From Kiritimatiellia bacterium (lineage in GTDB: Bacteria > Verrucomicrobiota > Kiritimatiellia > CAIVKH01): DNA of 64,000 nt. Of the stretch, positions 50,198 through 60,486 are shown piece by piece. Both the position numbers and the translations under genes were made by a program. The notes below the pieces were generated by a model. It saw only the letters and a program-made list of their open reading frames with translations, searched no databases and had not been told where the DNA came from. Every line of letters starts with the position of its first letter. The stretch's first letter is position 1. The stretch covers positions 76 to 64,075 of the forward strand of contig DAOLDL010000003.1 in NCBI GenBank assembly GCA_035327305.1, given 5' to 3'.

Positions 50198-51625
50198 TTA
50201 CGACTTCAAACTTTCCAAATAGGGTTCCCAGTTGCGAATATCCACAAAGTGCCCCTCGATCGCGGCGGCGGCGGCCATTTCCGGGCTGACCAGGTGGGTG
50301 CGTCCTCCTTTGCCTTGACGACCTTCAAAGTTGCGGTTGGATGTTGAAGCCGACCGTTCACCAGGCTTCAACTGATCCGGATTCATGCCCAGACACATAC
50401 TGCAACCGGCATAGCGCCACTCGGCGCCGAAGTCGGTGAATACTTTGTCGATACCTTCCGCTTCGGCTTCTTTGCGGACCTGCATCGAGCCGGGTACGAC
50501 AATAACCCGAACGCTTTCGGCTTTTTTATGGCCTTTGATTATCTTGGAGATTTTGCGCAAGTCTTCCAGCCGGGCATTGGTGCAACTGCCGATAAAAATC
50601 GTATCCGGACGAATATCGGTCATCGGCATGCCGGGCGTCAGCCCCATATACTCCAATGCCTGTTCCACATCCTTGCGACTGTAGCCGGGAACTTGATCCA
50701 ATTCCGGCACACGACTTGTGACATCTGTCACCATGCCCGGACTGGTTCCCCATGTGATTTGCGGCGCGATCTTGGATGCGTCGATCGTAATAGTGCGGTC
50801 GAATTTTGCATCGGGATCGCTCGGCAAGGTCTTCCAGTAGGCCAACGCTTTTTCCGCCGCATCCCCTTTCGGGGCAAAAGGACGATCCTTGGAGAAGATG
50901 TATTTATAGGTGATTTCATCCGGAGCAACCAAGCCGGCCCGGGCGCCGCCCTCAATACTCATGTTGCAAATGGTCATGCGGCCTTCCATGGAAAGCGATC
51001 GAATGGCTTCTCCGCAATATTCCATTACGTAACCGGTGCCACCGGCGGTTCCGATTTCACCAATCAACTTCAAAACCATGTCCTTGGCGGTGGCGCCGGT
51101 TTGCAATTTGCCGGTGAATTCCACTTTGAAGGTTTTGGGCAATGTTTGGCGCAATGTTTGCGTGGCCAGCACATGTTCCACCTCGGATGTACCGATGCCA
51201 AACGCCAGCGCGCCAAAAGCACCATGCGTTGACGTATGTGAATCACCGCACACCATCGTCAGCCCGGGAAGTGTGATTCCCAGTTCAGGCCCGATGATAT
51301 GAACAATGCCCTGCTTGTCGCTATCCAGATCGTAAAGCGTAATGCCGTTGTCCCGGCAATTGTTGAGAAGCGCATCCACCTGCGCCTTGGAAATCGGATC
51401 AAGAATTTTGTGGCGATCGTTATCGGTCGGCACGTTGTGATCCATGGTGGAGAACGTCAGCTCGGGGTGCCGCACCTTGCGACCGGTGAGCCGCAAACCT
51501 TCAAATGCCTGCGGGCTGGTCACTTCATGCACCAAGTGACGATCGATGTACAACAGCACGGTTCCATCGGGCATGGTTTTGACGACGTGCTTTTCCCATA
51601 TTTTCTCAAAAAGTGTTTTGCTCAT
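50198..51625 (-). CDS. leuC: 3-isopropylmalate dehydratase large subunit.
   Basis: Aconitase-family motifs including [28 protein letters not shown] and the Fe-S ligand region [10 protein letters not shown]. 475 aa. Confidence 0.85.
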   Translation of the reverse strand: MSKTLFEKIWEKHVVKTMPDGTVLLYIDRHLVHEVTSPQAFEGLRLTGRKVRHPELTFSTMDHNVPTDNDRHKILDPISKAQVDALLNNCRDNGITLYDLDSDKQGIVHIIGPELGITLPGLTMVCGDSHTSTHGAFGALAFGIGTSEVEHVLATQTLRQTLPKTFKVEFTGKLQTGATAKDMVLKLIGEIGTAGGTGYVMEYCGEAIRSLSMEGRMTICNMSIEGGARAGLVAPDEITYKYIFSKDRPFAPKGDAAEKALAYWKTLPSDPDAKFDRTITIDASKIAPQITWGTSPGMVTDVTSRVPELDQVPGYSRKDVEQALEYMGLTPGMPMTDIRPDTIFIGSCTNARLEDLRKISKIIKGHKKAESVRVIVVPGSMQVRKEAEAEGIDKVFTDFGAEWRYAGCSMCLGMNPDQLKPGERSASTSNRNFEGRQGKGGRTHLVSPEMAAAAAIEGHFVDIRNWEPYLESLKS

Positions 51626-51767
51626 AACCGGGCGAAGATAGTCGGCAAGCTCCGGAAAATCAAGCAGATGTACGCCCTATGAAGTCAACCGAATGCCAAC
51701 AGCGCTTGCAGAATACGATTGGAAGCAGTAGTTTGCCGCCGAAAAGCATTATTTTCTGGAGTTTTAG

Positions 51768-52397
51768 ATGAGTGAAAAACGATTTGATCGCGCAGTCAGA
51801 ATTGGGATTGGCGGACCCGTAGGTTCGGGAAAAACCATGCTGGTTCTGCGGCTTTGCCAACATTTGCGGGAAAAATACAGCCTCGGTGTGGTTACCAACG
51901 ATATCTACACCCTGGAGGATGCTCAATTCCTTACCCGCCAGCAAGCATTGGAGGCGGACCGGATTCGCGGCGTCGAGACCGGCGGTTGCCCGCACACCGC
52001 GATCCGTGATGACATCGCAATGAATCAACACGCGCTTGAAGACCTGGTGGCAACCCATCCTGACATTGAGGTTTTATTGGTTGAAAGCGGAGGCGACAAT
52101 TTATCCGCCACCTTTTCCCCGGAACTGGTCGACAGCTTCATCTACGTAATCGACGTTGCGGAAGGCGATAAGATTCCCCGCAAAGGCGGCCCGGCCATTT
52201 GCCGCAGTGACCTGCTGATCATCAACAAAATCGACCTGGCGCCGTTGGTCGGCGCCGACCTCGGAGTTATGGAACGCGACGCCAGAAAAATGCGCGACCA
52301 ACGGCCATTTCTATTTTGCGACCTTAAAACCGAAAAGGGGTTGGCCGATGTGATTCGATGGATAGAGTTCAACGCACTTTTTACCGGGGCCACCTGA
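51768..52397 (+). CDS. ureG: Urease accessory GTPase.
   Basis: P-loop [16 protein letters not shown] metal-binding motif, NKIDL. About 209 aa. Confidence 0.8.
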   Translation: MSEKRFDRAVRIGIGGPVGSGKTMLVLRLCQHLREKYSLGVVTNDIYTLEDAQFLTRQQALEADRIRGVETGGCPHTAIRDDIAMNQHALEDLVATHPDIEVLLVESGGDNLSATFSPELVDSFIYVIDVAEGDKIPRKGGPAICRSDLLIINKIDLAPLVGADLGVMERDARKMRDQRPFLFCDLKTEKGLADVIRWIEFNALFTGAT

Positions 52398-52413
52398 AGC
52401 GATCGGCTTCTTC

Positions 52414-53220
52414 ATGCAGGGAACTTTTGATATAACATGCCAACGCCGTGAACATGGCGAAACGTACATTGCCCGGCAATACGTTTCATCGCCCTGGCAC
52501 TTGAGCAAGCCTTACTGGGATGGCCAGATCCTGCTGGTACAGGCGGCCAACGCAACAGCGGGAATATTTTCCGGCGATCATTTAAGCCTCCGGGTCGATG
52601 TGCGGGAGCATGCCGCTGTTTTATTGACATCCCCCAGCGCCAGCCGAATCCACACCATGCATAAAGGTGAAGCCACGCTCCGGCAATCGATTTCGGTATC
52701 CGCAAACGCCTGGTTGGAATGGATGCCGGAATTATTTATTCCCCAAAACAAATCATCGTATCGGCAAATCACCCAGGTCGATGTCGAAAAGGGCGGCATG
52801 TTGTATATGGTCGAAACACTGGCCCCGGGTCGCGTGGCGCACGGCGAATCATTCAAGTTTGAGCGTGTGGAATGGACAACCAGAATTAACCATGCGGGCC
52901 GGATGGTGCTTTCCGAGCGATACCCTCTTTCGCCAGGCAATGGCTCATTGATTGACCTGACGTATAAAGGTAAATCCCGTTACTTCGCCAATGCCTTAAT
53001 CATATATCCCGGCGCGGACAACCTGCGTGAGTGGCAGGATCGTCTGGCCGAAATAGCGGGACCCCAGGACATCATGGGACTCACGGAAATCGACGAGGAT
53101 GTATACCTGATCCGTCTGATATCCGAACAAAGTCAGGATGTTAAAGATTGCCTGCGAAAATTGCGCGATATGCTGGCGGAGAAGATTCCTCAATTGCGGC
53201 AATCAGCCCGAAAACTGTAG
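52414..53220 (+). CDS. ureD: Urease accessory protein UreD/UreH.
   Basis: Length and composition fit the UreD family (…GIFSGDHLSLRVDV…TSPSASRIH…). Directly downstream of ureG. Confidence 0.6.
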   Translation: MQGTFDITCQRREHGETYIARQYVSSPWHLSKPYWDGQILLVQAANATAGIFSGDHLSLRVDVREHAAVLLTSPSASRIHTMHKGEATLRQSISVSANAWLEWMPELFIPQNKSSYRQITQVDVEKGGMLYMVETLAPGRVAHGESFKFERVEWTTRINHAGRMVLSERYPLSPGNGSLIDLTYKGKSRYFANALIIYPGADNLREWQDRLAEIAGPQDIMGLTEIDEDVYLIRLISEQSQDVKDCLRKLRDMLAEKIPQLRQSARKL

Positions 53221-53301
53221 ATATTATCACAACTCACTTTTCCCAAATCACTTCCGATTTTCGCTGGACTTCGTATACTGACGAGGTTATGTTCAAAAAA
53301 A

Positions 53302-53487
53302 ATGGACACAGATATTATGACCACCAATTCCAAATCCAGTCGTAAATCATACGTAAAACCGAAGGTCACCAAGGTTAAACTTGAGGACAAACGTGTTGTT
53401 GCCATGGCGATGTGCAAGGATTCGGTAGATAATTCCGCTTGTGTTCAAGACCGAATCACGCCGCTTTTCCAAATAAATCCTTCCTGA
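53302..53487 (+). CDS. Small Lys-rich peptide of 56-61 aa ending in Ser. Candidate modified-peptide precursor, speculative.
   Basis: ORF MDTDIMTTNSKSSRKSYVKPKVTKVKLEDKRVVAMAMCKDSVDNSACVQDRITPLFQINPS. Alternative start at 53317. Isolated in a 490-nt gap directly upstream of an HPr-kinase-like gene. Confidence 0.35.
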   Translation: MDTDIMTTNSKSSRKSYVKPKVTKVKLEDKRVVAMAMCKDSVDNSACVQDRITPLFQINPS

Positions 53488-53706
53488 TTTATCATCGCCA
53501 GTTTTCTCCAAATTGCCGGGGTCATATTCGAACTGGACCCTGCCGATCAAGCCTCACCGGTATCGCTTGCGCTTGCTTATCAGCCTTTCATAGTCCCGGA
53601 TTTTCCAGGCAAGAAACCTTTTGGTTCATACCGAATCATTGAACCAAAACAATCCATACTCGCGCCGATCTCCGGATCGCCATATTGGGAAAATGAAGTT
53701 TGGCGC

Positions 53707-54378
53707 ATGGGGAACTCCAATTCGCAGGAAATTGCCATAGAAATTAATGACGCCATCCGTGACCGGTGGGTTCCCGTCGCCAATATCGCGAATGACTTTT
53801 CCCGTGGAACAATTCAACCTTTTTTTGGCCGCCGCGCGGCTCCCGGGCCTCATGCACTGAACTATCCTTACGATCAGGCAATTCTTATCAACCGACTGTT
53901 ATACAAGGAAGTTGCCATCGTTCACGGCGCGGGCATCGTTGTTGATGGCAAAGGCTATGTTTTTTTCGGTCCTTCGGGAATTGGTAAAACCACCATAAGC
54001 CGGCTCTGGCTCGGCCATGGAGCAGTGTTGCTTAACGACGATCGGGTTGCAATTTACCGGCAAGGCGATGAATGGCGAATCGCCGGCACACCGTGGCACG
54101 GCGAGGAACCAAAAGTATCCCCGGCCAGCGCCCCGCTTGCCGGGGTGGTACGATTGCGACAAGCTCCGGAAAATAATATACGAAAGCTTACCGCCATCGA
54201 GGGACTATCCGAATTGCTGGCTTGCGCCCTGATACCTTTCTTTTCGAGGAGCGGAATTGACCGCGCCATGGACCTCCTTGGGGACATGTACAACGCCGTT
54301 CCCATGATGGAATTTTCATTCCGCCCGGAAAAAGAAGCGTTGACCTATTTTTCCGGCCACACAGCAGACTTGGCGTGA
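53707..54378 (+). CDS. HPr kinase/phosphorylase C-terminal-domain-like P-loop protein (HprK-related kinase).
   Basis: Walker A in HprK context: HGAGIVVDGKGYVFFGPSGIGKTT. 223 aa and no N-terminal HprK domain. Confidence 0.6.
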   Translation: MGNSNSQEIAIEINDAIRDRWVPVANIANDFSRGTIQPFFGRRAAPGPHALNYPYDQAILINRLLYKEVAIVHGAGIVVDGKGYVFFGPSGIGKTTISRLWLGHGAVLLNDDRVAIYRQGDEWRIAGTPWHGEEPKVSPASAPLAGVVRLRQAPENNIRKLTAIEGLSELLACALIPFFSRSGIDRAMDLLGDMYNAVPMMEFSFRPEKEALTYFSGHTADLA

Positions 54379-54821
54379 TTTATCCAGATCGGCGGACGAA
54401 ACAGCACCCCGATACGACCGATAGCTATATGCAACCACCGGTATAACCGGGAAGGTCCCGATGTAGCATCCGTAACGCGGCCAGCCTGATCGGAAAATTT
54501 TTCCACCCGCCCCAGAACGGAACAATCAGGCATGGGAATCCGATCAGGAAACCATGCCCCGTCGCCTTTCGTGATCCACCACCATTTGCCGTGACGCTCG
54601 ACACGCTTCAAGGCCCGATGGGCAATCAAATGACCATCGTATTGACATACAATGACGTCACCTATGCGAGGTTCAACGAGTTTGCGGGCGGCCACACGAA
54701 GACTGACGGCATCTTGCCAGCGCCGTCCCATGCTGATCCCGGAAGAAGGAAGTGATATGTGCCCGCAAGCCTCCAGCTTTGCTGATAGCGCTTCATCCAA
54801 TTGTACTTTTGTTTCCGACAT
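54345..54821 (-). CDS. S24/S26-family serine peptidase (signal-peptidase/LexA-like Ser-Lys dyad).
   Basis: Ser motif LPSSGISMGRRW (GxSM), Lys motif HRALKRV, and a downstream ITKGDGAWFPD...SVLGRV matching the S26 GDN...S.DSR...G.V region. Its 3' end overlaps the kinase 3' end by 34 nt, convergently. Confidence 0.55.
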   Translation of the reverse strand: MSETKVQLDEALSAKLEACGHISLPSSGISMGRRWQDAVSLRVAARKLVEPRIGDVIVCQYDGHLIAHRALKRVERHGKWWWITKGDGAWFPDRIPMPDCSVLGRVEKFSDQAGRVTDATSGPSRLYRWLHIAIGRIGVLFRPPIWINHAKSAVWPEK

Positions 54822-54835
54822 GCTAGCATTTCCCC

Positions 54836-55324
54836 ATGAAACATATATGGGCGCCCTGGCGAATCGACTATATCACATCACCAAAGATAAAGGATTGTTT
54901 TTTGTGCGCATACTTTGCCTCGGAAAACGACCGTGAAAATCTTGTGTTGGCTCGGGGACCGACCTGTGGCGTGGTCATGAACCGCTACCCCTACACCGGC
55001 GGCCATCTCATGATCTGTCCGTATCGCCATATTTCCTCGCTGGGGGAACTCACCACGGAAGAGATGACGGAAATGATGAAGTGGTCTGCTATATCTGTCG
55101 ATATTCTGAAAAAGCATATGAAGCCGGATGGATTCAACATCGGATTGAACCTTGGAGAAGCGGGAGGAGCCGGACTCAAGGATCATTTACATATGCATGT
55201 CGTACCGCGATGGATTGGTGACACCAACTTCACCAGTGTGGTCGGCGATCTGCGGGTAATTCCGCAAGCGCTGGAGGCACTGTTCGATCAGTTACAGCCG
55301 ACATTCGAGGCGCTACCATCATAA
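54836..55324 (+). CDS. HIT-family (histidine triad) nucleotide hydrolase/transferase.
   Basis: Histidine triad HLHMHVVPR and an N-terminal CFLC zinc-ligand-like motif. Confidence 0.75.
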   Translation: MKHIWAPWRIDYITSPKIKDCFLCAYFASENDRENLVLARGPTCGVVMNRYPYTGGHLMICPYRHISSLGELTTEEMTEMMKWSAISVDILKKHMKPDGFNIGLNLGEAGGAGLKDHLHMHVVPRWIGDTNFTSVVGDLRVIPQALEALFDQLQPTFEALPS

Positions 55325-55436
55325 TCTGCACCCCCTCCCGGTCTTTGCCTTCCTTGCGGTGGCGCCGCACCGGATTTCCTGACGGACTGAATCATATCCC
55401 GGGTTTGCGGCGCTTGCCAGTGAGGTTGTTATTCCG

Positions 55437-56321
55437 TCACATCGATTTCAGCGATCGATCCGATCGCGTAATATCCACCCCATCCACCGTCCACCGCGTC
55501 AACAAGGTTTTGACGCGACCTAGCCGGGTGGAAATATCCATGGATACAATGATCCGTTGTTCCGGGCAGACCCAGATTGATTCCGGGATATTCCGGACAA
55601 ACAATCCGGGAGATTTTGATTTCACCAGCAACTCCCTCGCCTCATGATCGCCCAGAGCCGATTTAACGTGGGCTGTGTCCACAACCTCCGCGGACATTTC
55701 ATGGACGGCGTCATCCATGATAAGCGCGTACAACCGAGGTTCATCGCGCGGCAGATCACCCAGCGACCTTAGAGAAAACATCATCGACACATAATCCTGC
55801 GTGCCTTCCGGAATCATGAATTCAACGTTCGTTTTGGCGCGCCTATCACTCCACGAAGCAACCTTGCGAACTGAATCCACCGTCAAAAAATCATCCTGGC
55901 GGAACGACCCTTCCCTGATCAGCTTGTGGACTTCATACATTGTTTCGCCGACTTCGTTTATTCGTTCGACACTGACTATTTGACTGTCAATTCGCTTGAA
56001 TAACGACACCCAACCCTGGCTTTTGGCTTGCATGACCCGGATCCAAACATTTGTTCCACCCTCGGAATAGCGCCGGCATGACATGGTCGCCTTACCGGCG
56101 GTAACCGCGCCCCACTTGATGTCATATTCCATTACCTCGCTTTCGAGCGGTAAAGGAGCGGAGGAAGCCATAAAACCGGTCGTTAAAACAACCATGAAAG
56201 TTAAAAATTGGATTGCGCGAATAAACACATCCTGACAGTGGTCAAAAGAGATGGTGGAAGCAAGCGTTATCGCGCCACGCGATATATGGTTGCTTGGGTA
56301 ATGTTCCAAATGTTTTGCCAT
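55437..56321 (-). CDS. Secreted hypothetical protein.
   Basis: Internal hydrophobic signal-like segment (FLTFMVVLTTGFMASSA). No recognisable catalytic motif. The true start may be internal. Confidence 0.4.
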   Translation of the reverse strand: MAKHLEHYPSNHISRGAITLASTISFDHCQDVFIRAIQFLTFMVVLTTGFMASSAPLPLESEVMEYDIKWGAVTAGKATMSCRRYSEGGTNVWIRVMQAKSQGWVSLFKRIDSQIVSVERINEVGETMYEVHKLIREGSFRQDDFLTVDSVRKVASWSDRRAKTNVEFMIPEGTQDYVSMMFSLRSLGDLPRDEPRLYALIMDDAVHEMSAEVVDTAHVKSALGDHEARELLVKSKSPGLFVRNIPESIWVCPEQRIIVSMDISTRLGRVKTLLTRWTVDGVDITRSDRSLKSM

Positions 56322-56353
56322 AAATGCATCCTATTCGCTAGGCTTCGCGCACT

Positions 56354-57244
56354 GTGGTTCATGTATCAAAAATCATTCGCACACGACATCCGGCATGGCG
56401 CTGGCTCCGATTGGCCGGGGTGTTGGTATTAGCGGCCTGGTTGTTGCCGGGTTGCGTAAACCGTATGTTCTATTATCCGGATACTCATGTCTACCGCACC
56501 GCAAAGGATTTCCCCTACCCGGTAAGAGAAATTTTCTTTGATAGCCTGGACGGAACCGAACTTCACGGATGGCTTCTCATCTCGCCGGCCACCAATCCAT
56601 TGGGAACCGTGGTACATTTCCATGGCAATGCACAGAACATTTCCGCACACGCTGATTTTGTCGATTGGTTGCCCCGCGAAGGGTATCATGTATTCATTTT
56701 TGATTACCGCGGCTTCGGCAAGTCGAAGGGTCGACCCACCCGCGAAGGTGTTTACATGGATGGCGTGGCGGCAATGATGCAAGCCATGCGTTTACCCGGC
56801 ATTGAGTCCAACCGGCTGTTCGTTATCGGCCAAAGTCTCGGCGGCGCCGTGGCATTGTCGGTTGCGGGGAGTCATCCCGAATTTGACATAAAGGCAATGG
56901 TCATCGATTCCTCCTTTTATTCCTACCGTGGTATTGTGAAAGACAAGTTGAAAGACATGCCGTTATTATCATTGGCGGCTCGTCCGCTATCAAAATGGCT
57001 GACCAGCGACACGCATTCGCCGCATCTCAATATCGCTCAAATACAGGCTCCGGTCATGTTCATCCACGGCACACGGGATTATGTGATCCCGCATCATCAT
57101 TCGGAAATGCTGTATGAATCTGCCCGTGAGCCGAAGGAATTGCTCTTGATTGATGGCGCGGCTCACATCAGTGCGTTACACTCCCATCGCTTTGACACCG
57201 CCCCCCGCATAATCCGATTTTTCACCGAACAAATTCAGCCATGA
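56354..57244 (+). CDS. Alpha/beta-hydrolase fold protein (membrane-anchored/lipoprotein-like).
   Basis: Nucleophile elbow GQSLGG, HGN oxyanion motif, acid and His (FIHGTRD) downstream. N-terminal signal/anchor with LLPGC. Confidence 0.7.
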   Translation: MVHVSKIIRTRHPAWRWLRLAGVLVLAAWLLPGCVNRMFYYPDTHVYRTAKDFPYPVREIFFDSLDGTELHGWLLISPATNPLGTVVHFHGNAQNISAHADFVDWLPREGYHVFIFDYRGFGKSKGRPTREGVYMDGVAAMMQAMRLPGIESNRLFVIGQSLGGAVALSVAGSHPEFDIKAMVIDSSFYSYRGIVKDKLKDMPLLSLAARPLSKWLTSDTHSPHLNIAQIQAPVMFIHGTRDYVIPHHHSEMLYESAREPKELLLIDGAAHISALHSHRFDTAPRIIRFFTEQIQP

Positions 57245-59643
57245 AATCACTAAAGCCATTCATTTTTACTGTCACCGTGTTTCTTTGCGCCATGACCGGT
57301 CTTGATGCGCAGGTAATCGACACATTCCGATACGGCGATTCGTCGTCCGCGGCAAAAAGCTGGCGCCCGGTCGGCGACTCCCCCCCGCCAAAACCAATTT
57401 CCAATGCGGGGTTGCAATTCACCGCGCCGTTTGCATCACCTGATCGCGATCGCGTTTATTGGGATCGCGACGGTGAATGGAATTTTCAGAGCACCAGCAG
57501 TTTTGAACTCGAACTAACTTGTCCCGATCCAAGCGCTTTCCGGTCGTTTGCCATTTATTTCCGGAGCGGCAAAGGCTGGTATGTCTGGAATCACCCGCTT
57601 CCCACCGCCGGTCGCCAAAAATTGATTTTGCAAAAAGGGCATTTTTCCATTGAGGGGACGCCAACGGGTTGGAACAAAATCGACCGCATCCGCATTTCAC
57701 CATGGAAAGGCGAACCACGGCAAACGGAATTTATTCTGCACCAATTCAATGCGCGAAGAGATGGACTCTACCTCATTCAAGCCACCGATTCGGCGCCGAA
57801 TGCCACGGAGCGAAACGTCGCGCGAAGAACCACCGAACGCATGAGCAGGTGGTTACGGCAAAGCGGCGTTCCTCATTCGATTGTAACGGAAGATCAACTT
57901 GCCAACGTGGCCCATCACGCCTCGATTCTGGTTTTTCCCTACAACACCAAATTGCCCGCCAACGGGATAAAGGAATTACGGCCTTTTATTCAACGCGGCG
58001 GCAAACTGATGGTATTTTACAGTTCCGACGATCAATTGGCCAAACTCATGGGTGTGCAACTGGGCGCGGTCACCAATACCCGTGATATCGCGCAATGGCG
58101 CGGCATGCAATTTGGCAACGAAGCGCCGGCCGGCGTACCTCATCGCATTCACCAGCAATCCTGGAATATCGGCCACGCCACCCCTTCAGCCAAAAATTCG
58201 CGTATCATCGCCTGGTGGATGAATGCAAACGGACGTCGCTCCGCCGATCCCGCTGTGATTGCCACTCCAAACGGATATTGGTTCACCCATATTCTGCTGG
58301 ATGACGACAATCTGGCCAAACAACGCATGCTTTCCGGCCTGCTGGCCAGCCTGGATACTGCCATCTGGAAAGACACTGCGGATCACGCAATGTTGAATGC
58401 GGGAAAAGTGGATGGTTGGTCAAGCGCGCAACAAACCATGCAAGCGATCCAAAAGCTCGCAGAACGGCATCCCAATGAAGAGACCATCTCGGCATTTATC
58501 CGCCGTTCCGGTGTTCACTTGCGAAATCTTCAGGAACAGTATCAACGCAGGCAATTCCGCGATGCCACGCTCAAGGGGTATGAATTGACCGACTTGTTGA
58601 TTCGAGCCTATGCCCTGGCACAAAGACCGGTTATGCCCGAATTCCGCGGAATGTGGAATCACGACGCGACGGGCCGATTTCCGGGTGACTGGGATCGCAC
58701 CGCCAAATTGTTGGCGGACAGTGGAATCAACGCGATCTTTATCAACGCGACGTGGGCTGGACTGGCACACTATCAAAGCAAACATCTTCCGCAATCATTC
58801 ACGTACCGCTTTTATGGCGATCAATTGGCGCAGTGCATTGCCGCCGCAAGAAAACATGGCCTGGAAGTGCATGCCTGGATCGTGTGCTGGTATCTGGAAA
58901 ACTCTCCGGCGGAATTTTCGGGACCTCTTAAAAAAACCGATCGCCTGCAACACGGAAGCAAGGGCAACGAACGGATGTGGATGAATCCGGCCCATCCGGA
59001 AAATGTAAAACACCATCTCGATGTGATCAGGGAAATCCTGGCCAACTATGATGTGGACGGCATTCATTTGGACTACATCCGGTACCCGGATAGCGATGGT
59101 TGTTTTTCCGCCTTTACTCGGCGGACATTTCAGCGTGCCACCGGCAAAGAAGCCGCCCGATGGCCGCAGGACGTTCTCGTCGGCGGGCCACTGCGAAACG
59201 ATTTTATCAAATGGCGGGCAGACGTTATAACTGACTTTGTACGCCAGGCCGGGCAAACCATCCGGCAAGCAAAACCAAAAGTAAAATTATCAACCGCCGT
59301 CTGGGGTGGATATCCCGATGTTATATCATCCATCGGACAAGATTGGGGTGCGTGGTTGCGCGCAGGTCTGGTGGATTTTATTACCCCGATGAATTATGCA
59401 AACGAATTGTCACGCTTCAATTCACTTTTGGAGAAGCAATTGGCCCTGCCGGGAGCTCGCGGTCGTATTTACCCCGGGATCGGCGTAACCGCAAATGAAA
59501 GCCAATTGCGCGGCGATCAGGTGATCGAACAAGTTCTGGCCTCTCGCCGTATGGGGGCAGGTGGTTTTGTACTTTTTGATTTGAGCCAGACCATCGTCGA
59601 TGACACATTGCCGGCGCTTCGAATGGGAACAACAAAACCATGA
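57241..59643 (+). CDS. Secreted family-10 glycoside-hydrolase-like (GHL10/DUF4015, YngK-like) TIM-barrel protein with an N-terminal beta-rich domain. 800 aa.
   Basis: Signal peptide. The C-terminal 400 aa have (beta/alpha)8-like patterning, with GIHLDYIRYP and VWGGYPD motifs typical of GHL10 proteins. Confidence 0.5.
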   Translation: MKSLKPFIFTVTVFLCAMTGLDAQVIDTFRYGDSSSAAKSWRPVGDSPPPKPISNAGLQFTAPFASPDRDRVYWDRDGEWNFQSTSSFELELTCPDPSAFRSFAIYFRSGKGWYVWNHPLPTAGRQKLILQKGHFSIEGTPTGWNKIDRIRISPWKGEPRQTEFILHQFNARRDGLYLIQATDSAPNATERNVARRTTERMSRWLRQSGVPHSIVTEDQLANVAHHASILVFPYNTKLPANGIKELRPFIQRGGKLMVFYSSDDQLAKLMGVQLGAVTNTRDIAQWRGMQFGNEAPAGVPHRIHQQSWNIGHATPSAKNSRIIAWWMNANGRRSADPAVIATPNGYWFTHILLDDDNLAKQRMLSGLLASLDTAIWKDTADHAMLNAGKVDGWSSAQQTMQAIQKLAERHPNEETISAFIRRSGVHLRNLQEQYQRRQFRDATLKGYELTDLLIRAYALAQRPVMPEFRGMWNHDATGRFPGDWDRTAKLLADSGINAIFINATWAGLAHYQSKHLPQSFTYRFYGDQLAQCIAAARKHGLEVHAWIVCWYLENSPAEFSGPLKKTDRLQHGSKGNERMWMNPAHPENVKHHLDVIREILANYDVDGIHLDYIRYPDSDGCFSAFTRRTFQRATGKEAARWPQDVLVGGPLRNDFIKWRADVITDFVRQAGQTIRQAKPKVKLSTAVWGGYPDVISSIGQDWGAWLRAGLVDFITPMNYANELSRFNSLLEKQLALPGARGRIYPGIGVTANESQLRGDQVIEQVLASRRMGAGGFVLFDLSQTIVDDTLPALRMGTTKP

Positions 59644-59710
59644 AGTTGCTGTTTACATCTGTCGTGCATCTCCCTAGTATCGGGTAACTTGTCATATGCG
59701 AGAGGATCCT

Positions 59711-60481
59711 ATGGCCGCCACGAAAAATAGTGGAAAACCACGCTACAAACGCATTTTGTTGAAATTAAGCGGTGAGGCATTTCAAAACAAACGCACGGGA
59801 GAAAGCCTTGATCCCGAAGTGCTTGTAAGTATTGCCAATCAGATTAAACGGGTGAAAAATCTCGGCGTGGAAGTGGCAATAGTGGTCGGAGGCGGAAACA
59901 TCTTTCGCGGGCTGACCGGTGAAAATTGCGGTGTTGACCGAACCACAGGTGACCACATGGGCATGTTGGCTACGGTAATCAACAGCCTGGCCTTGCAGTC
60001 CGCCCTCGAAAGCGCCGGCGTAATGACTCGTGTCCTTAGCGCCATCAATATCTCCGAAGTCGCCGAACCGTTCATCCGCCGCCGCGCCATCCGTCACCTC
60101 GAGAAAGGACGCGTCATCATCATCGGCGCTGGAACGGGTAATCCGTATTTTACAACCGATAGCGCCGCCGCCTTGCGCGCCAGTGAAATCAACGCGGATA
60201 TTCTGTTGAAAGCAACCAAGGTGGATGGCATTTACAATGCCGACCCCATGAAGTCCCCGGGTGCGGTCCGCTTCGATCACATCAGTTACCAACAGGCATT
60301 GCGGGATCAGTTAAAAGTCATGGACGCCGCCGCGTTCTCACTCTGCCAGGAAAATAATATTCCCATCCTCGTATTTAATTTCTTCAAGGAAAATGAAATC
60401 ATGCGCGCCGTACTTGGTCAAAAAGTCGGAACGCTGGTCGATGATAAAGCGTCGGCCCAATCGAAACGCAAAACAGGATAA
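59711..60481 (+). CDS. pyrH: Uridylate (UMP) kinase.
   Basis: RILLKLSGEA...VVGGGNIFRG signature. Start taken at the internal ATG (MAATKNSGKPRYKRILLKLSGE). Confidence 0.85.
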   Translation: MAATKNSGKPRYKRILLKLSGEAFQNKRTGESLDPEVLVSIANQIKRVKNLGVEVAIVVGGGNIFRGLTGENCGVDRTTGDHMGMLATVINSLALQSALESAGVMTRVLSAINISEVAEPFIRRRAIRHLEKGRVIIIGAGTGNPYFTTDSAAALRASEINADILLKATKVDGIYNADPMKSPGAVRFDHISYQQALRDQLKVMDAAAFSLCQENNIPILVFNFFKENEIMRAVLGQKVGTLVDDKASAQSKRKTG

Positions 60482-60486
60482 ATGAC

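Noticed and set aside
53317-53487. Interpretation of the small peptide as a bona fide lasso-peptide precursor.
   Set aside because: No lasso protease (B), cyclase (C) or PqqD-like RRE gene is present in the window, and the leader lacks the usual Thr at position -2. It is kept only as a hypothesis under findings, not as a feature call.
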